Assembly: GCA_040752025.1 (NCBI GenBank)
Contig: JBFMFR010000002.1
Coordinates: forward strand, 34,232 to 98,231
Direction: 5' to 3'
Source of the DNA: Chloroflexota bacterium
GTDB lineage: Bacteria; Chloroflexota; Anaerolineae; Anaerolineales; UBA4823
Length of the DNA stretch: 64,000 nt
A program made the translations under genes and the position numbers. This document shows, piece after piece, positions 43,111 to 51,961 of the stretch. The notes beneath the pieces were generated by a model. That model had not been told where the DNA came from and did not search any database. It saw nothing but the letters and a program-made list of their open reading frames with translations. The stretch's first letter is position 1. Each line of letters starts with the position of its first letter.

Positions 43111-44019
43111 TCCAGTTTCTTCCCAATGCAGCAGGGCCGGCCGGTTGGGGTCGTGGCGGGCGTGGTTGGCGCGGGCGCGCTCGAAGCTGCTGGTGGCGTA
43201 GCAGTACGGGCAGCCGAACAGGCAGGTGTCGTACACGCCGATGTCTTTGCTGATCACGCAGCCGCAGGCCTTGCGCTGGCCGGGATCCTTGGTGTGCGAT
43301 ACCTCCAGGCCGAAGACTTCCTGGATGTACTCGTCATCCACGCACTTGCCCGGCTGGATGCCGTATTGCTCCAGGGGCAGTTCGGAGGCGCAACTGGTGA
43401 TTTGCATGCCGTTAGCCCGCGCCGCCGAAGCCAGGCCGCCCAGCAGACCGCCGAACCAGTCGTCCTGGGGACTATAGGGCAGCAGCGCCGCGCCCTGGTC
43501 CGCCAGGGCCTGCATGCGTTTCTTGATCTTGTCGTAGGGGGTCAGCAGGCTGATCACCGAGCGCCGCGTGGCGCCGCGCAGCGCCCGGGCCAGGCGCTGG
43601 TAAGTCTCCAGGTGGAAATCCGGTGGGGTGATTTCAGTGAAGACCAGCGGGTCGTAGCGCCAGATCACGCGTTCGGGGCCGATGCGCTCCGCCAGCTCAT
43701 GGAAAGCTTGCAGCCGGGTCTTGAGCGGGGAGCGCATCTCGAGCGGGCGCGGGTAGTTGAGCAGCGTGTATTGGAAGTAATAGCGGTAGCCGCGCGCTTC
43801 CAGGCCGGCCAGGTGCGGGAAGAGCGGGCGCGGGTCGCGCGTCCAGAAGACGATCACGTCCACATCCTCGGGCGCCAGCGAGACGCGCAGGACTTGCCGG
43901 GGGTTGAAGGGGTGGGGTACTTCGCAGGCACCGGCCTGAATGCGCTTGATGAACCACTCGGCGTAGAAGGCAGGGATATCGGTGCGGCGGCTGGCGCTGA
44001 TGATCATGCCCGCAATCAT
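43108..44019 (-). CDS. DUF1848-family protein
   Basis: MIISASRRTDIPAFYAEWF N-terminus and C-terminal Cys cluster CGCV..C..GCPYCYA. The start could be 44019 or 44007. The tracked 44058 would overlap the divergent promoter. Confidence 0.65.
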   Translation of the reverse strand: MIAGMIISASRRTDIPAFYAEWFIKRIQAGACEVPHPFNPRQVLRVSLAPEDVDVIVFWTRDPRPLFPHLAGLEARGYRYYFQYTLLNYPRPLEMRSPLKTRLQAFHELAERIGPERVIWRYDPLVFTEITPPDFHLETYQRLARALRGATRRSVISLLTPYDKIKKRMQALADQGAALLPYSPQDDWFGGLLGGLASAARANGMQITSCASELPLEQYGIQPGKCVDDEYIQEVFGLEVSHTKDPGQRKACGCVISKDIGVYDTCLFGCPYCYATSSFERARANHARHDPNRPALLHWEETG

Positions 44020-44031
44020 ACCGCAAAACCC

Positions 44032-44059
44032 TTGACAAAAGGGTAAATCTGTGTACAAT
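44032..44059 (+). promoter_or_regulatory. Sigma70-like promoter TTGACA-16-TACAAT for the GntR operon
   Basis: TTGACA at 44032-44037 and TACAAT at 44054-44059. The -10 is the first unit of the TACAAT array. Confidence 0.5.
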
Positions 44060-44108
44060 TATGACAATGATACAATGATACAATTATACAATTATACAAA
44101 GATACAAT
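44054..44108. repeat. Tandem 8-bp array, seven TACAAT-type units
   Basis: TACAAT/GACAAT/TACAAA units start at 44054, 44063, 44071, 44079, 44087, 44095 and 44103. On the minus strand the array gives TATAAT at 44083-44088 and 44091-44096. Confidence 0.9.
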
Positions 44109-44156
44109 GTAAGCATGACAACATCCGGAGTTTCTATGAAATGAGAGCAGACGAAT

Positions 44157-44558
44157 ATGCATATCCAACTTGATTTTCGTTCCGGACATCCGATTTATAT
44201 GCAAATTGTGGAGCAGATTCGACAGATGATCGCCAACGAAGAACTGAAACAAGGCGACCAGTTGCCTACTGTGCGCCAACTGGCTACGGACCTGAGGGTC
44301 AATTTCAACACCGTCGCCCGGGCTTACCGCCTGCTGGACGAAGCCGGGCTGATTTCCACCCAACACGGGCGCGGCACCTATATCTGGGAGTCGCCTTCCG
44401 AGGAGGCCGTGCACAAGCTGCGCTTTCAAGGGCTGCAAGACCTGGTGGAGCGCTTCATCAACGAAGCCCAGCGCCTGGGCTACGATCCGGACGAGGTGAT
44501 TGCAGCCTTCGAGCGCCAGGCGGCTGTTTGGAAAGCAGAGCAAGAAGCAACAGATTGA
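44157..44558 (+). CDS. GntR-family regulator, short YtrA-like subfamily
   Basis: PIYMQIVEQIRQMI..GDQLPTVRQLATDLRVNFNTVARAYRLL winged HTH, only 133 aa. Confidence 0.85.
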   Translation: MHIQLDFRSGHPIYMQIVEQIRQMIANEELKQGDQLPTVRQLATDLRVNFNTVARAYRLLDEAGLISTQHGRGTYIWESPSEEAVHKLRFQGLQDLVERFINEAQRLGYDPDEVIAAFERQAAVWKAEQEATD

Positions 44559-44621
44559 TCTGGAAGACACAGCCTGATCGAAAATCTGGAATGATTCTGA
44601 TCGTAAAGTACGGAGGAAAAC

Positions 44622-45563
44622 ATGAAGAAAACTTCGCAAGAACAATTTTTAGCGGGTAAGCCAGACAGCGTGCGCGTCAGCGCCATCGCGGTGCTGTTAT
44701 TCAACCTGCTGCTGGCGGCGGCTATCGCTGCCGGAGTAATCCTGTCTGGCCTGGGGGTAGGGGAGGGCTGGATCGCAGCAACCGTCGTCGCTATCTTGCT
44801 GGTGGCGTTCTACCTGTTGTTCGCTCTCAAAGTCGCCAGCCAGTGGGAGAAAGCCATCGTGCTGCGCCTGGGCAAGTACCGCGGCCTGCGCGGGCCGGGC
44901 TTTTTCAGCATCATCCCGGTGGTGGACAGCACGCCGGTGTGGATCGACCACCGCGTGATGGTGACGCCCTTCAACGCCGAGAAGACTCTCACCAAGGACA
45001 CCGTGCCGGTGGATGTGGACGCAGTCTTGTTCTGGATGGTGTGGGATGCCGAGAAGGCCGCCCTGGAGGTGGAGAACTACCAGGCGGCGATTGCCTGGGC
45101 TGCCCAGACGGCGCTGCGCGAAATCATCGGGCAGATGAGCCTGGCGGACATCCTGGTGGGGCGGGCCAAGATGGACGCCGACCTGCAAAAGATCATCGAT
45201 GAGCGCACCACACCCTGGGGCGTGTCGGTGCAGTCGGTGGAAATCCGCGACGTGGTCATCCCGCAGGACCTGGAGGATGCCATGAGCCGCCAGGCGCAGG
45301 CCGAGCGCGAGCGCCAGGCACGCGTCATCCTGGGCGAATCAGAGGAACAGATCGCCCACTCGTTTGCAGAAGCCTCACGCGCTTACATCAACAACCCCAC
45401 TGCCCTGCACCTGCGAGCGATGAACATGCTCTTCGAGGGTCTGAAGGAGAAGGGCGCCCTGGTGATCGTGCCGAGCAGCGCTGTGGACACGATGAACCTG
45501 GGCGGGTTAGCTGGCATGATCTCGCTATCGCAGAATGTCGCCCCGGTCGAGCGAGAGGAATAG
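44622..45563 (+). CDS. SPFH/band-7 (stomatin-like) membrane protein
   Basis: N-terminal TM helices followed by SPFH core motifs (EKAIVLRLGKY.., TKDTVPVDVDAV, REIIG, RAEAERE-like QAQAERERQA). Confidence 0.85.
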   Translation: MKKTSQEQFLAGKPDSVRVSAIAVLLFNLLLAAAIAAGVILSGLGVGEGWIAATVVAILLVAFYLLFALKVASQWEKAIVLRLGKYRGLRGPGFFSIIPVVDSTPVWIDHRVMVTPFNAEKTLTKDTVPVDVDAVLFWMVWDAEKAALEVENYQAAIAWAAQTALREIIGQMSLADILVGRAKMDADLQKIIDERTTPWGVSVQSVEIRDVVIPQDLEDAMSRQAQAERERQARVILGESEEQIAHSFAEASRAYINNPTALHLRAMNMLFEGLKEKGALVIVPSSAVDTMNLGGLAGMISLSQNVAPVEREE

Positions 45564-45566
45564 GCT

Positions 45567-45788
45567 ATGACAGACATTGTGCGTTGGGAATATCGCGTTG
45601 CCACTTGCGGTTCGGCGTTGAGCGGCGCTAAGGATGAGGAGTTGGAAGTGCTGCTGGATGCCTGGGGCGAAGAAGGCTGGGAAGTGATCAGCGTGCACAA
45701 CCCCACCAACAGTAACAAGGTGCGCATCGTGGCCAAGCGCCGGCTGGATTCCACCACGCGCCGCCAGCGCACCTGGCCGACTTACTAA
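45567..45788 (+). CDS. DUF4177-like small protein
   Basis: 73 aa. The pattern WEYRV...LDAWGEEGWEVISV is typical of DUF4177. 3-nt gap after the SPFH gene. Confidence 0.55.
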   Translation: MTDIVRWEYRVATCGSALSGAKDEELEVLLDAWGEEGWEVISVHNPTNSNKVRIVAKRRLDSTTRRQRTWPTY

Positions 45789-45866
45789 GCGCCTGCATGA
45801 ACGGATCTATATCGAGTTCGAGGCAGGGTTGCCGCCCTGCCTCGAACTATGTAGCGAGATAAGAAA

Positions 45867-46778
45867 ATGAACATTCAACGAAAATCGATCATCTGGTTCT
45901 TGACCCTGGCTTTTGGCCTGGCGTGGATATTGTTTTTGCTGCCCCTGGCCTTCGGTTCGCCGGGTTCGCCGGTGCGCCAGGCCGCTGCGCTGGTGTGCTG
46001 GTCGGCGGCGATGTGGGCGCCCGGGTTGGCGGCCATCCTGGTGACCCGCTTTGTGGAGCGGGAAAGCCTGGGCAGGCTGAACTTCACCCACCTGGGCGAT
46101 AAGCGCGCCTACCTGTGGGCCTGGCTGCTGCCGCCAGTCCTGGCGCTGCTGGCGGGCGTCGTGACCTGGACCCTGGGCCTGGGGACTCTGGACTTGACTT
46201 TTACAGCGATGCGCGCACAGATCACCTCGGCTTCGGGCACGAGCAGTCTGCCGTTTCCGGTGCAGGTGCTGGTGGCTATCAACCTTTCGGCGGCGATCAC
46301 CATCGCCCCTCTGATCAATACCCTCTTCGCCTTTGGAGAAGAGTTGGGCTGGCGCGGCTACTTGCTGCCCAGGCTGCTGCCGCTCGGGCAGGGGCGCGCC
46401 CTGCTGTTGAGCGGAGTCATCTGGGGTGTGTGGCACGCCCCGGCGATTTTACAGGGGCATAACTATCCGGGGCATCCCTACCTGGGGGTGCTGCTGATGG
46501 TGGGCTTTTGCGTCTTGTTGGGAGTGATCCTGGGCTGGTTGTACTTACGCACAGGCAGCCCGTGGGCTCCGGCCCTGGGACACGGGGCAGTGAACGCCGT
46601 CGCCAGCCTGCCGCTGGTGTTCATCACCGGCGTTGACATCACCTATGGCGGCACGCTGGCCAGCCTGGCGGGCTGGCTGCCGATGGCGCTGTTCATCGGC
46701 TGGCTGGTCTGGAGCCGCCGTCTGCCGGTGAGTACAGCAGGTGTGCAGCCGGCCGAGATACTATTCCCGGAAGCCTGA
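45867..46778 (+). CDS. CPBP-family intramembrane glutamic endopeptidase (CAAX protease-like)
   Basis: Motifs EELGWRGYLLPRL, WGVWHAP and HGAVN in a polytopic membrane protein. Confidence 0.85.
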   Translation: MNIQRKSIIWFLTLAFGLAWILFLLPLAFGSPGSPVRQAAALVCWSAAMWAPGLAAILVTRFVERESLGRLNFTHLGDKRAYLWAWLLPPVLALLAGVVTWTLGLGTLDLTFTAMRAQITSASGTSSLPFPVQVLVAINLSAAITIAPLINTLFAFGEELGWRGYLLPRLLPLGQGRALLLSGVIWGVWHAPAILQGHNYPGHPYLGVLLMVGFCVLLGVILGWLYLRTGSPWAPALGHGAVNAVASLPLVFITGVDITYGGTLASLAGWLPMALFIGWLVWSRRLPVSTAGVQPAEILFPEA

Positions 46779-46780
46779 AT

Positions 46781-46796
46781 TGTTTCACGTGCAACA
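46781..46796. promoter_or_regulatory. parS-like site 1 (TGTTTCACGTGCAACA)
   Basis: 15/16 match to the consensus TGTTNCACGTGAAACA. Confidence 0.6.
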
Positions 46797-46840
46797 TCGC
46801 CGAATCATGCGAGCGCTGGCAAAACCACCAGCGCTCGTTA

Positions 46841-46856
46841 TGTTTCACGTGCAACG
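46841..46856. promoter_or_regulatory. parS-like site 2 (TGTTTCACGTGCAACG)
   Basis: 14/16 match to the parS consensus. Lies exactly 60 bp from site 1. The 10-bp hairpin CGAGCGCTGG/CCAGCGCTCG (46810-46837) lies between the two sites. Confidence 0.5.
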
Positions 46857-46878
46857 TGGCTGTAAACGCTGCGCTTTT

Positions 46879-47889
46879 TCAGGCATACTCGGCGCCGTTC
46901 TGGCGCGCCCAATCCTCCAGGGTTTCTTCAACTTGATCCAGGTAGGCGTCCAGGGCGTCTAGACGGTCTGAGGAGGCCACATCCAGTAAACCCAGAAATT
47001 CGAAAGCTCGCTGCCAGGCCTGCCACTCCGCCGAGTCCAAGGGAAGCTGCAGGATCGCCAGGGTCCAGGTGCGCAGCAGCGGCCATAACACCGCCTGGGG
47101 CGCGGGCCCGACGAGTATGGCTTCGAAGGCGCGCTGGTAATAGAGCCGGCGGCTGGGATGCAGGCGGGCGGGTGCTTTTTCAGCCGGGATGGCGCAGTAG
47201 GCTGCGCGCCACCCCGGCAGCCAGGCGCTGAGCGAGTCGGGCTCCAGGTAAGCCGCCCCCAATAAACCCAGCAGCCCGGCGTACAGCCCGGGCCGGTCGA
47301 CGGCGGCAGCGCGCTCCGGGAATCCCAGCAGCAGCCTGCGCTCGGTCAGCGGCGGGCCGTTCAGGCTGGCGATAGCGTTGGCGGCTTGCCCAACGGCGCG
47401 CAGGTAGCCGAATACGCTCTGCGGTCCGGGCGCTGGCGGTTCGGTCTGGTAGCAGAGCCAGATGCGGCGCGCCTGGTCCGCTTGTTGGCGGGAGCGCTGC
47501 AAAACGTAATCAGAGCGGTCGAACTGGCCGCGCACGCTGGCCTGGGTGAAATCCAGGAAGTGCTGCGGGTCGTAAAGCATTTTGCAGGTAGACAGTGTCG
47601 GCCCGACCCAGGGGTGAGGGCGCAACTGCCGCGCCTGGCGGTAGAGCTTTTGGCCGTGATGGGCGATATCCAGGTGGACTTCGTCCGTCAAGGAAACGAT
47701 CTCGCGCTCCTGGGATGGCGTGTCGATGTGGATCAGCACCAGGTCGATGTCGGCTGCGCCGCCCAGCAGGTAATCCTCGCCCAGCAGAGAGCCGCACAGG
47801 TAAGCGGCTACCAGGTTTCGCTCGGCGCGGGCGCGCCTGTCTACGGTATCCTGGGCGATTCTCAGTAAAGTGTCCTGGGTGATGCGCAT
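46879..47889 (-). CDS. Pol-beta-superfamily nucleotidyltransferase-domain protein with helical C-terminal domain (hypothetical)
   Basis: CGSLLGEDYLLGGAADIDLVLI NTase motif. I moved the start to ATG 47889, which has AGGAGG upstream. Confidence 0.55.
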   Translation of the reverse strand: MRITQDTLLRIAQDTVDRRARAERNLVAAYLCGSLLGEDYLLGGAADIDLVLIHIDTPSQEREIVSLTDEVHLDIAHHGQKLYRQARQLRPHPWVGPTLSTCKMLYDPQHFLDFTQASVRGQFDRSDYVLQRSRQQADQARRIWLCYQTEPPAPGPQSVFGYLRAVGQAANAIASLNGPPLTERRLLLGFPERAAAVDRPGLYAGLLGLLGAAYLEPDSLSAWLPGWRAAYCAIPAEKAPARLHPSRRLYYQRAFEAILVGPAPQAVLWPLLRTWTLAILQLPLDSAEWQAWQRAFEFLGLLDVASSDRLDALDAYLDQVEETLEDWARQNGAEYA

Positions 47890-47927
47890 GGTTTTTCCTC
47901 CTGGTGAGGCGCCGGTCGCTAAGCCAA

Positions 47928-48566
47928 TTAATCCAGTGGCAGCTCTGCCTGGAAAGGCGGCAGCCGCAGCGCCTGGCGAATGCGGTTCTCGACCCATTTG
48001 AGATGCTCCGGGTCGCGGACGTAGTCCAGTTCATCGGTTTCGATGGCGAGCACCGGCGAGCGGCGCGACTGGTGATCGTTGAAGAAGTCCTCGTAAGCGC
48101 CATTGAGTTCAGCGATGTAAGCGCGCTCCATGTTACGCTCGTAGGGACGGTCGCGCATGGCAATGCGCTGCATCAAAACGTTCGTGCTGGCGCGCAGGTA
48201 GACGATCAGGTTGGGGACAACGATTTTTTCTGCCAGGGCTTCGTGGACGCGGTAGTACATCTCCAACTCATCGCCCTTGAGATTGATGCGCGCGAATAAT
48301 GCATCTTTTTCAAAGGTGTAATCGGCCACCAGGCTGTCCTCCTGCTCAAGCAGTTCGGCCACGGTGCGCCGCTGCTGGTGGTAGCGGCTGAGCAGGAAGA
48401 AAATTTGCGTCTGGAAGGCGTAGCGCTCGCGGTCGGCGTAGAAATCGGAGAGGAAAGGATTCTCTTCGAAGACTTCCAGCAGCAGCCTGGCGCGGAAGGC
48501 CGGCTGCAGCAAACGGGCGAGGGTGGTTTTCCCTACCCCGATGACTCCTTCAATGGCAATGTACAT
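47928..48566 (-). CDS. Deoxynucleoside kinase
   Basis: P-loop IEGVIGVGKTTL, ERS-like DRERYAF and a DRPYER lid motif. I moved the start to ATG 48566 (MYIAIEG). Confidence 0.8.
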   Translation of the reverse strand: MYIAIEGVIGVGKTTLARLLQPAFRARLLLEVFEENPFLSDFYADRERYAFQTQIFFLLSRYHQQRRTVAELLEQEDSLVADYTFEKDALFARINLKGDELEMYYRVHEALAEKIVVPNLIVYLRASTNVLMQRIAMRDRPYERNMERAYIAELNGAYEDFFNDHQSRRSPVLAIETDELDYVRDPEHLKWVENRIRQALRLPPFQAELPLD

Positions 48567-48825
48567 AGGCGTGAATCTCAGGTATCCAAGAGTATAGAGC
48601 GCAATATATTTTGAAATTCTTTTATTTATTGCAATATATATTATGCGCGCAACCGGTGGAGCGGCGCTCCCTGCCCTGTTGGGGATTGCACGCGTTGCTT
48701 TGCTAAGGATACCAGCGATTGGCGCAGAATGCAACCTGTCGCAGGCACTTGACAAGATTAGAACTCAGGTTAAACTGTATATATCAATCCTGGTTCAACT
48801 GTTTTGTGTACCCAAGGAGAAACAA

Positions 48826-49212
48826 ATGCCATCTCTAAATCGTGTACAACTGATCGGCTATCTGGGAAGGGATCCTGAAACGCGTTTCACGCCCACAGGG
48901 AAGAAGGTCACCCAGTTTAGCGTCGCGGTCTCGCGCCGGTGGCGGGGAGCTGAGGGCGAGAGCAAAGAGAGAACCGACTGGTTCAACGTAGAGGCCTGGG
49001 GAAAGCTTGGAGAGACTTGCCAGGAATACTTGCATAAGGGGAGTCTGACCTATATTGAGGGGCGTTTACAGACGGACCAGTATGAGCAGGAAGGGGAAAA
49101 GCGCTACTTCACTAAAGTTGTAGCTTCACATATGCAAATGTTGGATCGAAAGTCTGGTGAAGAAGAGGTTTTGCCCCCGCCGGTCGAGGATGAAGAGTTC
49201 CCTTTTGAGTAA
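48826..49212 (+). CDS. ssb: Single-stranded DNA-binding protein
   Basis: MPSLNRVQLIGYLGRDPETRFTPTGKKVTQFSVAV OB fold and acidic C-terminal tip EEFPFE. AAGGAGA lies upstream of ATG 48826. Confidence 0.9.
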   Translation: MPSLNRVQLIGYLGRDPETRFTPTGKKVTQFSVAVSRRWRGAEGESKERTDWFNVEAWGKLGETCQEYLHKGSLTYIEGRLQTDQYEQEGEKRYFTKVVASHMQMLDRKSGEEEVLPPPVEDEEFPFE

Positions 49213-49272
49213 ACGCCTGTCCGGGCCAGAGCGGTCTGGACAGGCGCAAGCAACCTGATCCCGGAAAACGAT

Positions 49273-49326
49273 ACCCGGCGCAAGCGCTGCCCGCCAGGGC
49301 GATGCGGCTTGCGCCGGGTGTTTTTT
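49273..49326 (+). terminator. Intrinsic terminator downstream of ssb
   Basis: Perfect 13-bp stem ACCCGGCGCAAGC/GCTTGCGCCGGGT followed by GTTTTTT. Confidence 0.8.
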
Positions 49327-49328
49327 CA

Positions 49329-50006
49329 TCAGGATTGACCCGTCGGGCCAGTCGCCAGCGCTTGCATGGCTTGCAGCAAGGTCTGGATGGCCAGCTTGCC
49401 GGATTGGTAGCGGTGCGGTGTGCGGCTGAGCGGGCTGATGGAAACCGCCGCGTCTGCCAGCACTTCTGCCCGGCTGCCGCCGCGTTGTTTGGCCTGCAGG
49501 TAGGCTATGCCGAACTCGAAAAGCGTGCCCATATCCAGCGGGCGGCTGGAGGCGGGCTGCCCATTCTGCGCCTGCCCCCAGTTCGCCAGGCCGGAGACCA
49601 GCGCTTTGAGCAAGTCGCTCTTGCGCAGTTCTGGGGCAGGTTCCTGGGAGGCCTCGCGGCTGGCCTCGGACAGGGCGCCCTGCACAAAAGTCACCAGGTC
49701 TGGCAGGCTGATCTCGCGTTCCTGAAACTGCTGTGCGAACTGCTCCAGCCCGCGGGCGTAGAGCTGCGCGGAGCCATTCTGCCTGGCCTGTTCGAGCAGG
49801 CAGCCAGCGTGTCGCATGGCTTCAGCCAGGCTGGCTTGGCGCTTTTCCTGGGCGGCGCGCACGGCCAGGTCGAAGATTTCCACCATGTGGTCGCCGTGGT
49901 TCCCGTTGTACGGGTCCGCCTGGTTGAAATCCTGCTGGCGCTGGCGCAGAACCTTTCCGACTGCCTGGAAGAGCGGAGCCAGCTCGATGGGTGAATTCGC
50001 TTCCAT
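49329..50006 (-). CDS. Hypothetical protein, possibly DAK2/DhaL-like
   Basis: DPYNGNHGDHMVEIF resembles the DhaL D..GDGDHG.NM motif, and the 225-aa helical layout fits. Weak call. Confidence 0.35.
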   Translation of the reverse strand: MEANSPIELAPLFQAVGKVLRQRQQDFNQADPYNGNHGDHMVEIFDLAVRAAQEKRQASLAEAMRHAGCLLEQARQNGSAQLYARGLEQFAQQFQEREISLPDLVTFVQGALSEASREASQEPAPELRKSDLLKALVSGLANWGQAQNGQPASSRPLDMGTLFEFGIAYLQAKQRGGSRAEVLADAAVSISPLSRTPHRYQSGKLAIQTLLQAMQALATGPTGQS

Positions 50007-50027
50007 GAATGTGCCTGCTGCCGGGGG

Positions 50028-51803
50028 TCAGGGCACGGGCAGGGCTTCGAGCTGGGCGACCAGGCGGGCGATGACATCGTAGCCGCCCTGCCAGAAGTCT
50101 GGGCTGAATACATCCACGCCGGCCTGTGAGAGGATTTGCACCGGCGGTTGGGAGCCGCCAGCCGCCAGGATGTCGATGTAGCGCGGCTTGAAGCTTTCGC
50201 CTTCGGCCTTGTATTGCTGGTACAGCGAGAGCACCAGCAGTTGGCCGAAACTGTAGGCGTACACGTAGAACGGCACCTGGTAGATGTGCGGGATGGAAAC
50301 CCACTCCCAGCGAAACTCGTCGCTGACCTCGACTGAATCACCAAACTGATCTCCCAGGTTCTTCATATAAATCTCGGCCAGTTCGTCCACAGAAGCGCCT
50401 TGCCAGATGAGGTCATGCGCCTGGCGCTCGAACAGGGCGAAGTAGATCTGGCGCATAATCGTGGCGTAAGAGTCATCCACCTGGCCGAAAAGCAGGTCGC
50501 GGCGCACGGCTTCATCTTCTTCCTCAGCCAGCAGGCGGTCAACCAGCAGCATTTCGCCGAAGGTGGATGCGGTTTCGGCCAGGGGTAGGCAGGCATGTTG
50601 GGTGAAAACGCTGTGCTGGTCGGCCAGCAAAGCGTGCACGGCATGGCCCAATTCGTGCGCCATGGTGGCAACGTCATCGGCGCGCCCCTGGTAATTGAGC
50701 AGCACCCAGGGCGATAGATCGGGCGTCACGGTGGCGCAGAAAGCGCCGCTGCGCTTGCCCTTGCGCACTTCGCTGTCCAGGTGGTTGCTATCGAAGATCT
50801 TGCGAGCCAGCCTCGAGACGCGTGGGTCGAATTTGGCGAACGAGTCTAACACCATTTCGGCGGCGTCATCGAAGGCGTAGGTCTTGTCGGATTTGGCCAC
50901 CGGCGCGTAAACATCGTAACGGCGCAGGCGCGGCATGCCCAGCCAGCGCGCTTTGAGGCGGAAGTAGCGCTGGAAGACTGCCGCGTTGCGCTGGCTGACG
51001 TCCAGCAGCGTGTCGATGACCGCGTCGGGGATATCGTTGATCAGGTTGCGTGCTGCGATCGGGCTGGAAAAGTGGCGCAGGTCGATCTGTTCGTTGTGCC
51101 AGTCGCGCACCAGGGTCTGGTAGATCTGGCCCAGGATGGGGCCATCCTGCCCGTAGACCCGGTAAAGTTCCTGGTAAGCGTTGGCGCGTAAAGATGGCTC
51201 ATGGTGACGGGCGTACACCATCACCTCGCCGCGGGTGAGTTCTTTCTCCTCGCCGTCTACGTTCAGTTTGAAGGCATAGCGGTTGGTAATCGCGTCGTAC
51301 AGCCTGTGCAGCGCACTGACGCCGGTGGTGTCCTTGATGTTGACGATTTTTTCTTCAGGCTCGCTGAGAGTATGCGGCTTGAAATGGCGCATTTCCTCCA
51401 GCCAGTAATGGTAATCTCCAGAGCCGCTCATCAGCTTCTGGGCGACGGCCTCATCCAATTCCTTCCACCACAGGCTGAAGAACAAGACGCGGTTCTGAAT
51501 GCCCGCCAGGGTTTGCTGTACCTGAGCCATGAAGGTCTGGGCGGCCTGGTCCTGGGTGTTGGCTGAGAACTGCAAGCTGGCGAAGCCGTAAATGCGATAG
51601 CCCAAGCTTTCCAGGGCTTCCAGTTCGCTGATCGTTTCCAGGAAGGTTTCCGGGGAAATTCCATCGTTTAGCGCGCCTCGACGGTTTTCGAAGGCCGCGG
51701 CGCGCTGCTCCAGTTCGGCGAAGGCGGCTTGCATGTCAGCGCCATCCTGAGCGGTGAACAGGTCGGATAGACTCCAATGGGTTTGTTGGTAGGTGTTGTT
51801 CAT
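50028..51803 (-). CDS. pepF: Oligoendopeptidase F family (M3B) metallopeptidase
   Basis: HELGHAVH zinc motif and downstream E (ETASTFGE). I moved the start to ATG 51803 (MNNTYQQ). Confidence 0.85.
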   Translation of the reverse strand: MNNTYQQTHWSLSDLFTAQDGADMQAAFAELEQRAAAFENRRGALNDGISPETFLETISELEALESLGYRIYGFASLQFSANTQDQAAQTFMAQVQQTLAGIQNRVLFFSLWWKELDEAVAQKLMSGSGDYHYWLEEMRHFKPHTLSEPEEKIVNIKDTTGVSALHRLYDAITNRYAFKLNVDGEEKELTRGEVMVYARHHEPSLRANAYQELYRVYGQDGPILGQIYQTLVRDWHNEQIDLRHFSSPIAARNLINDIPDAVIDTLLDVSQRNAAVFQRYFRLKARWLGMPRLRRYDVYAPVAKSDKTYAFDDAAEMVLDSFAKFDPRVSRLARKIFDSNHLDSEVRKGKRSGAFCATVTPDLSPWVLLNYQGRADDVATMAHELGHAVHALLADQHSVFTQHACLPLAETASTFGEMLLVDRLLAEEEDEAVRRDLLFGQVDDSYATIMRQIYFALFERQAHDLIWQGASVDELAEIYMKNLGDQFGDSVEVSDEFRWEWVSIPHIYQVPFYVYAYSFGQLLVLSLYQQYKAEGESFKPRYIDILAAGGSQPPVQILSQAGVDVFSPDFWQGGYDVIARLVAQLEALPVP

Positions 51804-51961
51804 TTTCCTCTCGTCTGTAACAGGTACTCGCTGGGATTGCGTCCCGATTATACTCGAAGTTGGCAGCCGCAAGAGTCGCTTTGTGAGGGATGCACTCGCA
51901 AGATCATTGCCAGAAGCGCCGGATTCGGTTATATTGGGGCCAGGATACCAAGGAGGTCGCT

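Noticed and set aside
42160-44046. 628-aa plus-strand ORF
   Set aside because: It runs antisense to both the MerR and DUF1848 genes and straight through the intergenic palindromes. Its composition is low-complexity (A/G/R/L/Q-rich) with no motifs. This is a typical shadow ORF of GC-rich DNA.
46741-46962. 73-aa ORF with repeated MFHVQ peptides
   Set aside because: The repeated peptide is the translation of the two parS-like sites. The ORF spans an intergenic hairpin between convergent genes.
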